Below, in pieces: positions 41,278 through 50,205 of a stretch of 64,000 nucleotides of DNA (position 1 is its first letter; each line of letters begins with the position of its first letter). The stretch covers positions 560,463 to 624,462 of the forward strand of contig CP065002.1 in assembly GCA_016700095.1 (NCBI GenBank), in the 5' to 3' direction. The position numbers and the translations under genes were made by a program. Under the pieces are notes generated by a model. The model was not told the origin of the DNA. It saw only the letters and a program-made list of their open reading frames with translations, and did not search any database. This stretch comes from Candidatus Woesebacteria bacterium (GTDB lineage Bacteria > Patescibacteriota > Microgenomatia > UBA8517).

Positions 41278-41970
41278 ATGATATTGGGTTCTGTCAGCAT
41301 GCGGTCAAATCAAAATATAAAAGCATTAGCTGTGCCGATAGGTTTTTCTATCACAGTTAGCGGACTTTTATTGCTTGCGGGGTTTTTTTCCGTGACTCGA
41401 ATTACCAAGCAATACGACAATCTCAAGCAATCACGTATCGAGGAAAATGTTTTATTGTCCAAAAACGACGAACTCTCATCCGTCCAGATTGAAAGTCTAG
41501 ATGCGTCTAACCGGACTTTGATCGCAATGCCAAAAGAGAATCCGGGTTTGTTTATGGTGACACAACTAAAAAGCATGTCCGCAAAATATTCGTTGTCGGT
41601 TACCGACATCCAGCTAGAGAAAGAGTCGGAATACGCCGGTGGTATGTCGAGGGCAAAAATTGTTTTCGTATTTGAATCTTCAGACCTAAATTCTGTGATT
41701 GCTTTTTTCAAAGAGTTGAAAACCTTGTCACCTTTGTCGACGACCGAGAAAATAGATATTAACGGAAATAAATTAGGTAATTACATCGTCGAATCTGAAA
41801 TTTATGTATATTGGTCGGATTTTCCCGAAACATTGCCGCCAATTTCCGACCCGATTATTAAGTTGACAACGTCAGACCAAGAATTGCTTACGCGATTGTC
41901 AAACCTCACGGTACCCGCCTTTACAGTCTTAAATCCCGCGGAGCCAGTTGAAAGAACAACTCCCTTTTAG
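41278..41970 (+). CDS. PilO-like bitopic protein
   Basis: One TM helix then an extracytoplasmic domain. Position after pilM and pilN. Confidence 0.5.
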   Translation: MILGSVSMRSNQNIKALAVPIGFSITVSGLLLLAGFFSVTRITKQYDNLKQSRIEENVLLSKNDELSSVQIESLDASNRTLIAMPKENPGLFMVTQLKSMSAKYSLSVTDIQLEKESEYAGGMSRAKIVFVFESSDLNSVIAFFKELKTLSPLSTTEKIDINGNKLGNYIVESEIYVYWSDFPETLPPISDPIIKLTTSDQELLTRLSNLTVPAFTVLNPAEPVERTTPF

Positions 41971-42095
41971 TGCGAACTTTGACTCTTCAATTATTTTTAT
42001 CAATATTAACTTTATAGACATACCGAACAATTTTGTACCTGGAGGAGCACACATTGAAGACCATAATGCAGCTATAACAATGAAGTAGTGAGCGA

Positions 42096-42335
42096 TTAAT
42101 CAATTTTTTCTTCGACCAATACGTACACCGAAGTTTTGTCAAGCGTGCTTTTAACGCGGAGAAGATTGCGGATAGCTTTAATTGTCGAACCACCTTTGCC
42201 GATAATTAGCCCCATATTTTCTTTGTCTGCAACGATAGTAAGCTCGAGACGATTATTTTCATTTTCGACTTCACGAATTTCGAAATTATCATTACCAAGA
42301 ATTCCCGTTAAAATGTAATGAAGAAGCTCTTTCAT
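42096..42335 (-). CDS. KH-domain RNA-binding protein (KhpA / YlqC-like)
   Basis: GLIIGKGGSTIKAIRNLL, a GxxG KH motif. Adjacent to rpsP. Confidence 0.7.
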   Translation of the reverse strand: MKELLHYILTGILGNDNFEIREVENENNRLELTIVADKENMGLIIGKGGSTIKAIRNLLRVKSTLDKTSVYVLVEEKID

Positions 42336-42338
42336 GTT

Positions 42339-42554
42339 TTATATTAATTTCTTTAGCGTAGCCGTTATTTGCGCACCTTTTTTGACCCAAGCATCTAGTT
42401 TTTTCTTGTCAATGCTTTTTTCTTGTGATTTGGGATTCCAGAAACCCAATACCTCAAGCGGTTTACCTGTAATTTTACGTTTTGAGTCTGTGACCACGAC
42501 CCTGTAAAAGGGTTTGTTTCTTGCTCCAAATCTTGCTAAGCGAATTTTGATCAT
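42339..42554 (-). CDS. rpsP: 30S ribosomal protein S16
   Basis: MIKIRLARFGARNKPFYRVVV... The track ORF extends to 42605 with a non-ATG start; the Met at 42554 matches the canonical S16 N-terminus. Confidence 0.85.
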   Translation of the reverse strand: MIKIRLARFGARNKPFYRVVVTDSKRKITGKPLEVLGFWNPKSQEKSIDKKKLDAWVKKGAQITATLKKLI

Positions 42555-42632
42555 AATTAAATTTAAGTCTGGGACAATTTTACTATAGTTTAACCAAAGC
42601 CTCAAGTGTGGGATATAAAAATGATGTATTTC

Positions 42633-43307
42633 CTAATCCTTGATATTGTTGTCGATGGCATTCTCAGCTGCTGCTTGTGCCGCTTCAGCTTTGTTTTTCC
42701 CTTCCCCTTTCCCCCATCGTTTACCGTCAACTAAAACCGAAATGTAAAATATTTTGTCGTGATCGGGTCCAATTTCTTTCTCTACCTTGTATTTGGGAGC
42801 TTGGAATCCTTTTGCTTGGACGTATTCTTGTAATCTGCTTTTAGCATCTTTAAGCGGTTCTTTAATTTTCTTATCAAGATCTACCAACAAATATTTTTGA
42901 ATGAATTCTTCGGCTTTCGTAATACCACTGTCCATAAAAATAGCGCCGATTAAAGCTTCCACTGTGTTGGCGAGTAAGGAAGTATTGCTTCTTCCACCAC
43001 CATCCTCCTCGCCTTTGGATAAATAAAGAAGTTTCCCAATATCCATTTTTCCGGCGACATGTGCCAGATTAACCGTATTGACCAAATTAGCACGGAGCGC
43101 GGTTAAATAACCCTCTTCCTTGTCAGGAAGTAATTTAAACAGTTCTTTGGAAACGATAAATTCAAGTACGGCATCGCCTAAAAATTCAAGTCGCTCATTT
43201 GATGATCGTTGATCCGGATGCTCATTTACCCAAGACTTGTGGGTGAGAGCGAGCGTTAACCAGTTTGCATCTTTAAATAAAAGTGATATTTTTCGCGATT
43301 TGTCCAT
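42633..43307 (-). CDS. rnc: Ribonuclease III
   Basis: ERLEFLGDAVLEFIVS signature plus a C-terminal dsRBD. Confidence 0.9.
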   Translation of the reverse strand: MDKSRKISLLFKDANWLTLALTHKSWVNEHPDQRSSNERLEFLGDAVLEFIVSKELFKLLPDKEEGYLTALRANLVNTVNLAHVAGKMDIGKLLYLSKGEEDGGGRSNTSLLANTVEALIGAIFMDSGITKAEEFIQKYLLVDLDKKIKEPLKDAKSRLQEYVQAKGFQAPKYKVEKEIGPDHDKIFYISVLVDGKRWGKGEGKNKAEAAQAAAENAIDNNIKD

Positions 43308-43660
43308 TATTCCTCCTTGTGGTATATAGTACCCAAAACGCCGTTTATAAACGAGGGTGATTTTTCACTTCCGAATTGTTTGGCAAGTTCGACGGCTTCA
43401 TCGATTATTACTTTGGGGGGTGTTGAAGTGAAATCCAATTCATAAACAGCAAGCCTTAATATTACCAGGTCAACCCTATTAAGCTTATCAAGTGGCCAAG
43501 CTGGTGCAGCTTGGGATATTTTGGCATCAAGTACGTGTTGATTTTCCAATATCTTATCCACCAATTTTTCGGAGTGTGGCTGTTGGGTGAAACTCTGCGC
43601 AAACAATTGCTTAACCACGTCAACGCGTTGTTTGTGTCGTGGATCTTTGGAAGTTTTCAT
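43307..43660 (-). CDS. nusB: NusB-family transcription antitermination factor
   Basis: 117-aa all-helical protein with RLAVYEL-type motifs. Confidence 0.6.
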   Translation of the reverse strand: MKTSKDPRHKQRVDVVKQLFAQSFTQQPHSEKLVDKILENQHVLDAKISQAAPAWPLDKLNRVDLVILRLAVYELDFTSTPPKVIIDEAVELAKQFGSEKSPSFINGVLGTIYHKEE

Positions 43661-43785
43661 CTTGCCTTTGATTTATTGTAGGATGTAACAGCTTTTTGTA
43701 AAGTTTTTTCTGCACGGTTTTTACGCTGTGCATTTCTGCGTGTGTTACTCCTGCTGCGAGAATGTTTTTTCTTTGGTACAGCCAT
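43657..43785 (-). CDS. rpmF: Short ribosomal protein bL32-like (42 aa, no zinc ribbon)
   Basis: Translates to MAVPKKKHSRSRSNTRRNAQRKN..., matching the bL32 N-terminus (MAVPKKKTSKSRRD.RR). Its TGA stop overlaps the nusB ATG (ATGA). Below the 60-aa track threshold. Confidence 0.5.
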   Translation of the reverse strand: MAVPKKKHSRSRSNTRRNAQRKNRAEKTLQKAVTSYNKSKAR

Positions 43786-43865
43786 AGATGTATTGTAACC
43801 CAAGTTTTCTTTGTAGGCAATCGGATAAGTGTAAATTGACGAAAGTAGACATCGATTTCGGGTTA

Positions 43866-45875
43866 CTAATATTGCTGACTGTTGTGCATATATTTTATCA
43901 GAGCATCATACGTGTCCTCGTTTTCCAAAGCGTAAAGGGCGAGTTTTTTTGTTTTTTTGATAATTTCAATATCAGTCCAGGATGCAATTTTTAACTCATC
44001 GAAACCGCTTTGTTTAGTCCCAAAAATTTCCCCTGGCCCCCTAATTGAAAGATCGATCTCGGCAAGTTCAAAACCGGTTTTGTTTTGGGTGAGTGCGGTT
44101 AAGCGTTTGTCGGATTTATCTGATTTTGCATGTGCGAATAAAAGACAATATGATTTTTTAGTGCTCCTGCCTACCCTTCCTCGTAATTGATGAAGCTGTG
44201 CGAGTCCAAATCTGTCAGCCGCCTCAATTATCATAATTGTTGCATTGGCAACATCAATGCCAACTTCGATTATCGGTGTCGTAACAAGAATATCGTATTT
44301 TTTATCTCTGAACATGGAGATTACATCTTCTTTGACTTGTGCCTTTAATTTTCCATGTAAGAGGGCGATGCGACGTTTGGGGAACGACTTCACAATCTTC
44401 TCGTATTCGACGGTAACTGCTTTAACCTCTTTCATAATACTGGATTCACTCTCCTCAATTAACGGACAAACGACAAATGCTTGGATATTTTTCGTCTCGA
44501 TTTCATTATCTACCCATGTATAGGCACTACTGCGTTTGTCTTCGGGTACTATCCAAGTGGTAATTTTTCGTCGCCCTGCAGGTAATTCATCAAGAGTGGA
44601 AAGATCAAGATCTCCATAAAGTGTTAAGGCAATGGTTCTCGGAATTGGAGTTGCAGTCATTGTCAAAACATCGGGAGCGTAAAAACCGTTTTGGGTTTTT
44701 TTAACAAGGTATTTACGTTGGTTTACTCCGAAACGGTGTTGTTCGTCAATTATCACAACAGCGACCTTATCGAAATGATCCTCTTTCCCCAGTAGAGCAT
44801 GAGTTCCAACAACAACATCGCAGTCATTACCACCTTTTTTCATATTCGCAGTTATCAAACCAACACTTACTCCCAGAGGTTGCAACAGCTGAGTTAATGT
44901 TTGATAATGTTGCTTTGCCAGTATTTGTGTCGGTGCCATAACCACAGCGCGGTATGTGTTAGCGTAGGCTATATAGCAGGCAAGCGCCGCGACAACGGTT
45001 TTACCCGACCCAACGTCACCTTCAAGTAAGCGATTCATGGGATGAGGTTTTTTTAAATCTACAATTATTTCGTCGATAACTTTTTTTTGAGATGACGTAA
45101 GCTCAAAAGGTAATGAATTGATATATCTATTTAATGTGTTTTGTGTTATCGCCAGTGCGTGTGCCTGATTGGTTTTTTCCCATGTGCGTTTTTTGTAAAG
45201 TGACGACAATTGGATAGATAAGAGTTCGTTAAATGCAAGTCGATAACGAGCCTTTTTGGCGTTTTGTAGTGTGTCGGGAAAGTGAATAAGGCGTAACGCA
45301 TCGGTTAACGAAAGTAAGTCATAGTGTTTTAAATCATCGTCGGGGAGTATTTCCTGCATATCTTCCATAAGAGTAAGGAGTGATGCGATTCTTGCCCTGA
45401 ACCATTTTGACGTAAGACCTTTTGTTTCGTTGTATACCGGGACAAGTCTTCCCGTATGGAGACCCGTGGCTGATTTAACCAATTCGTAAACCGGCGACAT
45501 CATAGCTTTTTGCCGTCCAAACCACTTTATTTCACCCGAGAGATAGACCTCAACATCCTTTTTAAGTGTTGATAGAATATATCTCTGATTGAACCAAACG
45601 ACGTTGAGCGATCCGCTTTTATCGCTAACAGAGATTAATTGCATTTGCTTTCTTTTTTTTGTGTACGTTGAGACGATGTCTTGTACCTTAGCTTTAATAG
45701 TGACAGTTTCCCCCACTTGGGAATTGGCAATTAGTGTTGTTTTTGAAAAATCATAATACCGGTGTGGTACATGATATAGAAAGTCGTGTATGTTAAATAT
45801 TCCCAATTTTTCTAACTTTTTAGTGTATGAGGGGCCGATTGACGGGATATGTGACACACTGGTGATCAAGTCCAT
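43866..45875 (-). CDS. recG: ATP-dependent DNA helicase RecG
   Basis: Wedge domain then an SF2 helicase (DVGSGKTVVAALA, DEQHRFGV). Confidence 0.9.
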   Translation of the reverse strand: MDLITSVSHIPSIGPSYTKKLEKLGIFNIHDFLYHVPHRYYDFSKTTLIANSQVGETVTIKAKVQDIVSTYTKKRKQMQLISVSDKSGSLNVVWFNQRYILSTLKKDVEVYLSGEIKWFGRQKAMMSPVYELVKSATGLHTGRLVPVYNETKGLTSKWFRARIASLLTLMEDMQEILPDDDLKHYDLLSLTDALRLIHFPDTLQNAKKARYRLAFNELLSIQLSSLYKKRTWEKTNQAHALAITQNTLNRYINSLPFELTSSQKKVIDEIIVDLKKPHPMNRLLEGDVGSGKTVVAALACYIAYANTYRAVVMAPTQILAKQHYQTLTQLLQPLGVSVGLITANMKKGGNDCDVVVGTHALLGKEDHFDKVAVVIIDEQHRFGVNQRKYLVKKTQNGFYAPDVLTMTATPIPRTIALTLYGDLDLSTLDELPAGRRKITTWIVPEDKRSSAYTWVDNEIETKNIQAFVVCPLIEESESSIMKEVKAVTVEYEKIVKSFPKRRIALLHGKLKAQVKEDVISMFRDKKYDILVTTPIIEVGIDVANATIMIIEAADRFGLAQLHQLRGRVGRSTKKSYCLLFAHAKSDKSDKRLTALTQNKTGFELAEIDLSIRGPGEIFGTKQSGFDELKIASWTDIEIIKKTKKLALYALENEDTYDALIKYMHNSQQY

Positions 45876-46004
45876 ATGCCTTTACTATAACATCTTGGAA
45901 CTAGAGATAAAAAAAGAATGGAAGGAACGTAGTAAGAAGAAGCATTAATGAAGCAACAACCAGTACGAATGTTGTAACTATTTTTTTTTGCTTTTTTGTC
46001 ATGA

Positions 46005-47168
46005 CTATACAACCTTTAAAAATATTTTCTTACCTAGTTTGATATTTTGACCGCTTGAGGTTTTATAATGTGGATCGCGGATAACTTGTTCGTTTACGCT
46101 TACCGCGCCTTGGGTAATCTGCCTCTTTGACTCCGAGACACTTGCCAAAGATGTAAAGGGCGCAATGGTTTTTGCGAGAGTTCCTTCGTTTTTAACGTTT
46201 TTTGTGAAATCGGGTTTTTTATCCTGGAAAGTTTTTTTAAACGCTTCTTGAGCTTGATTCGCCTTGGTTGTGTCGTGAAGCTCGGTGACAATTGTATGAG
46301 CTAATAGTTTTTTGGTTTCCATCGGGTGAACCTTGCCAGATTTAAGATCACCAATGATTGTTTTGACGACTTCGGTTGGTGTATCGGTTGCAAGTATAAA
46401 ATACGATTCAATGAGTGAGTCGGAAATATTCATAACCTTCCCATACATGTCGCTTGGATCATCCATCAGCCAGATGCAGTTGCCGACGCTTTTACTCATT
46501 TTTTTGCCATCTGTCCCCTCCAAAATATCAAGTGTCATAAAGTAACTTTCCTTTGCTCGATAGTATTTTTGTAAAGTGCGTCCTGCTTGAAGATTAAAGG
46601 TTTGCTCGGTTGCACCGATTTGTAAGTCGGCATCCAGATAATAGTGATCATAGCCCTGCATAATAGGATAAAGCATTTCGTGAAGACCGACCCTTCCACC
46701 TGAATATAGTCTTTTCCTGACCAATTCACGTCCTATAAAATCGCCGACGGAAAATTGCTGCGTTATTTTAACGACATCACTAAAGGTTAGTTTTGACAGC
46801 CAGTCGCTATTCTTTTTGACTTCAATCAGTGAGAAATCCAGAATTTTTGAAGCTTGTTTTTTAAAATCCTTCCAATTGTTTTTAATTTCTTCACTGGTTA
46901 ATATCGGCCGCTCGGTTTCTTTGTCAGAATTATCCCCCACTAAGGTGGTGAAGTCGCCGATAAGAAATATGACTTTATGCCCCAGTTTGGCAAAGCGCTG
47001 CAATTTTCTGAAAGGAACCGTATGGCCAAGATGTAATCTCGGTGCGGTGGCATCAAAACCGGCATATATAGTAATTTTTTTAGACGTGAGTAATTTCGCC
47101 AAATGTTTTTTATCCGGCACGATATTGGCAACTCCGCGGGTTAAAATATCTTCAATATCATTATGCAT
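46005..47168 (-). CDS. tyrS: Tyrosyl-tRNA synthetase
   Basis: HIGH-type PRLHLGHTVP and KMSKS (KMSKSVGN). AGFDATA is characteristic of TyrRS. Confidence 0.85.
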   Translation of the reverse strand: MHNDIEDILTRGVANIVPDKKHLAKLLTSKKITIYAGFDATAPRLHLGHTVPFRKLQRFAKLGHKVIFLIGDFTTLVGDNSDKETERPILTSEEIKNNWKDFKKQASKILDFSLIEVKKNSDWLSKLTFSDVVKITQQFSVGDFIGRELVRKRLYSGGRVGLHEMLYPIMQGYDHYYLDADLQIGATEQTFNLQAGRTLQKYYRAKESYFMTLDILEGTDGKKMSKSVGNCIWLMDDPSDMYGKVMNISDSLIESYFILATDTPTEVVKTIIGDLKSGKVHPMETKKLLAHTIVTELHDTTKANQAQEAFKKTFQDKKPDFTKNVKNEGTLAKTIAPFTSLASVSESKRQITQGAVSVNEQVIRDPHYKTSSGQNIKLGKKIFLKVV

Positions 47169-47392
47169 AAATTGATTTTATCACAAACGTAAGTTTTTGG
47201 ATGATAGTTGATATTATGAGGTTAATGATACATCGCGGACTAAAGTTTATGATACCTTTATTACGCCTTTGGTATAAGACAAATCTCCAATCACACAATA
47301 TATCGCGTTATTACTTAAGAAATACTACAAATTAATTCGAGCTCATATTTTAAGTTTTATTAAAATTTGATATTTTTGCTACAATACTAGAT

Positions 47393-50011
47393 ATGGCAAA
47401 GTGGAAGAAAGTCTACAGAAGAAAAAGAAAGTATGAAAGACTTGCCAGGCGGCAATTGGCCGATAAATCAAATATACGCTCGCTTGTATCCAGTAAATGG
47501 CTGGTGCGAATTGCAAAGTTTGGTTTTGTTAGTGTAATTCTTGGATTTCTGGCAATTTTTGTACTTATCCCGCTTTTTGCTTTTAATCTCCCTTCCCCAG
47601 ATAAAATAATAAGACGTGAAGGATTTTCCACAAAAATACTCGCCCGGGATGGTCAGGTGCTGTACGACATTTATGTCGATCAAAACAGAACCCATGTAAA
47701 TCTTGAGGATATTCCCGATTACTTAAAACAAGCTACGGTTGCTATCGAAGATAAAAATTTTTATCATCACCAAGGGTTTGATATTTTTGGTATGGCACGA
47801 GGTGTAACTAGAATTTTTACACGAGGAAGAGCGCAGGGGGGATCGACATTGACACAACAATTGGTAAAAAATGCATTGTTGTCACCGGAACGTAGTGTAT
47901 TTAGAAAAATTAAGGAGTTTATTTTAGCGATTCAAATAGAACGTGCATACAGCAAAGATGAAATACTAACACTTTATTTAAATGAAGTACCCTATGGAGG
48001 TACTGCGTGGGGAGTTCAAGCTGCTGCGCAAGCGTATTTTGGTAAAGATGCAAAAGAGTTGTCGTTAACAGAATCGGCAATACTGGCTGGTTTACCACAA
48101 CGGCCGTCTTTGTATTCACCGTATTCTTCAAGTCCAGATGCGTATATCGGACGCACTCAAGATGTGTTAAGGAGAATGCGTGAAGATGGTTATATTACAA
48201 AAGAGCAGGAGGAAGAAGTCAAAGAACAACTGGGCGATATTGAATTTCAGCCACGGGGTGCTAGTTTTAAAGCACCGCATTTTGTGCAATATGTCCAAGA
48301 AATTTTGGAGGAAAGATACGGACAATCTGCCGTTGAGCAAGGAGGTTTGAAAGTTACGACTACTCTTGATATCGATCTGCAGGAAAAAGCGCAGACGATT
48401 GTAACTGAGGAAATTGAAAAAGTGGAAAGCCAAAATATCGGAAACGGTGCGGCTGTGGTTTTGGATCCGCAAACGGGAGAAATATTGGTGATGGTGGGAT
48501 CAAAAGATTTTGCCGCAGCCGATTATGATGGTCAGGTAAATGTTACGACTCGCCTTCGACAACCGGGATCGGCAATAAAACCGATAACCTACGCAACTGC
48601 GCTTGAGAAGGGTTACACCGCGTCTACGATGCTTATGGATGTACCAACAGAATTTCCGGGTGGTGAAGGTCAACCTCCCTACATCCCTGTCAATTACGAC
48701 GGTGAATACCGCGGTCCGATACAATTAAGGTACGCTTTGGCAAATTCTATTAACGTTCCCGCAGTGAAATTACTTGCGCTTGTTGGAATCAATGATGTGT
48801 TGGATACGGCGTATAAATTGGGAATTTCATCTTTTGAACCAAACAAAGAGACTTTGAGTAGAGTCGGTCTCTCGTTGACACTGGGCGGCGGTGAAGTAAA
48901 ACTTTTAGAATTAACAGGTGCTTATTCTGCTTTCATGAACAAAGGATTTGCGGTGGAACCCGTAGCCATTCTCAAAGTTGAAGACGGTGACGGAAACATC
49001 CTTGAAGAAAATAAACCGGAAAAAGGTAAGCAAGTAATCAGTGAAGAAGTTGCCTACATTATTTCGCATATTCTTTCCGACAATCAGTCAAGAGAAGCGG
49101 TTTTCGGATCGAATTCACTTTTAAATATTTCAGGACGACAAGTAGCCGTAAAAACAGGTACAACAAATGATAAACGGGATAATTGGGCGATTGGTGGAAC
49201 ACCCGGTGCCTTGACGGGAGTATGGGTGGGAAATAACGATAATTCGCAGATGAAAAATGTTGCCTCAGGTGTGTCTGGAGCAACACCAATTTGGAGAAGA
49301 ATCATCCTTGAGGCATTGAGTCAAAGACCGGCGCAAGGTTTTGAAGTGCCCGATGGTGTGGTAACAAAATCAGTAGACAGTGTTTCTGGTTATGCGTCTC
49401 ACGATGGTTATTCATCCAGAATTGAGTACTTTGTAAAAGGAACTGAACCCGGTGATGATCCGGTGCATACGAAGCTGAAAGTGTGTAAAACTGATGGAAA
49501 GTTGGCTAGCCCATCGGATATTTCAAGTGGTAATTATGAAGAAAAGGAATTTTTTGTATTCAAGGAAGAAGATCCGACTTCAGCTCCTGGAGGAATAAAT
49601 AAATGGCAAGAAGGTATATTAACTTGGATACAGACGCAGGAAGACGCACGTTACAAACCGCCCACCGATTATTGTCAAAGCGGTTCGCCGGTCGGGGTAT
49701 CTTTTGACAACCCGCAGGATCAGACATCAAATCACCCAAATGCCTTACAAGTAAAAATAAAAGCCGAGAGTACAAATAATTTAACTGAGGTTGCTGTATA
49801 TGTCGATGGAACGAAAGAAAAAACGTTTACCCAAGCACCGTACACACTTACTTTAAATTTACAAGACGGTAAACATGAGCTGAAAGCTGTTGTGCGAGAT
49901 GAAAAAGGCAACCAGGGTGACCGGGTGGTGCGAATTGGTGTCAATACAACTTGGGATTATCAAACTCCAACCCCGAGTCCGACTAGTGCTCCGAGTATAA
50001 CACCGGATTAA
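47393..50011 (+). CDS. Class A penicillin-binding protein (PBP1A-type transglycosylase/transpeptidase) with a C-terminal Ig-like extension
   Basis: GT51 motif AIEDKNFYHHQGFD, transpeptidase motifs SAIKP / SxN / KTGTT, N-terminal TM anchor, and a Pro/Thr-rich tail. Confidence 0.9.
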   Translation: MAKWKKVYRRKRKYERLARRQLADKSNIRSLVSSKWLVRIAKFGFVSVILGFLAIFVLIPLFAFNLPSPDKIIRREGFSTKILARDGQVLYDIYVDQNRTHVNLEDIPDYLKQATVAIEDKNFYHHQGFDIFGMARGVTRIFTRGRAQGGSTLTQQLVKNALLSPERSVFRKIKEFILAIQIERAYSKDEILTLYLNEVPYGGTAWGVQAAAQAYFGKDAKELSLTESAILAGLPQRPSLYSPYSSSPDAYIGRTQDVLRRMREDGYITKEQEEEVKEQLGDIEFQPRGASFKAPHFVQYVQEILEERYGQSAVEQGGLKVTTTLDIDLQEKAQTIVTEEIEKVESQNIGNGAAVVLDPQTGEILVMVGSKDFAAADYDGQVNVTTRLRQPGSAIKPITYATALEKGYTASTMLMDVPTEFPGGEGQPPYIPVNYDGEYRGPIQLRYALANSINVPAVKLLALVGINDVLDTAYKLGISSFEPNKETLSRVGLSLTLGGGEVKLLELTGAYSAFMNKGFAVEPVAILKVEDGDGNILEENKPEKGKQVISEEVAYIISHILSDNQSREAVFGSNSLLNISGRQVAVKTGTTNDKRDNWAIGGTPGALTGVWVGNNDNSQMKNVASGVSGATPIWRRIILEALSQRPAQGFEVPDGVVTKSVDSVSGYASHDGYSSRIEYFVKGTEPGDDPVHTKLKVCKTDGKLASPSDISSGNYEEKEFFVFKEEDPTSAPGGINKWQEGILTWIQTQEDARYKPPTDYCQSGSPVGVSFDNPQDQTSNHPNALQVKIKAESTNNLTEVAVYVDGTKEKTFTQAPYTLTLNLQDGKHELKAVVRDEKGNQGDRVVRIGVNTTWDYQTPTPSPTSAPSITPD

Positions 50012-50205
50012 CACTACTTGGTGAGATTTATTTGTGCAATTTTCATTAACTTATAAATCTTGTGAAGTTAATTTGCTCCCTAGATTCGTCAATGACAGGT
50101 GTTAGACAGGTGACCAAAGAACTACTAATTAAACAGACTTCATTTGATTAAATTCGGTAAACGACAATACCCGAAGACGAAAAATTGATTACATTTATCG
50201 GGAGT

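Noticed and set aside
45880-46001. About 38-aa hydrophobic ORF (MTKKQKKIVTTFVLVVASLMLLLTTFLPFF...) between recG and tyrS on the minus strand
   Set aside because: It is too short and low-complexity to support without conservation evidence. It may be a real small membrane peptide.
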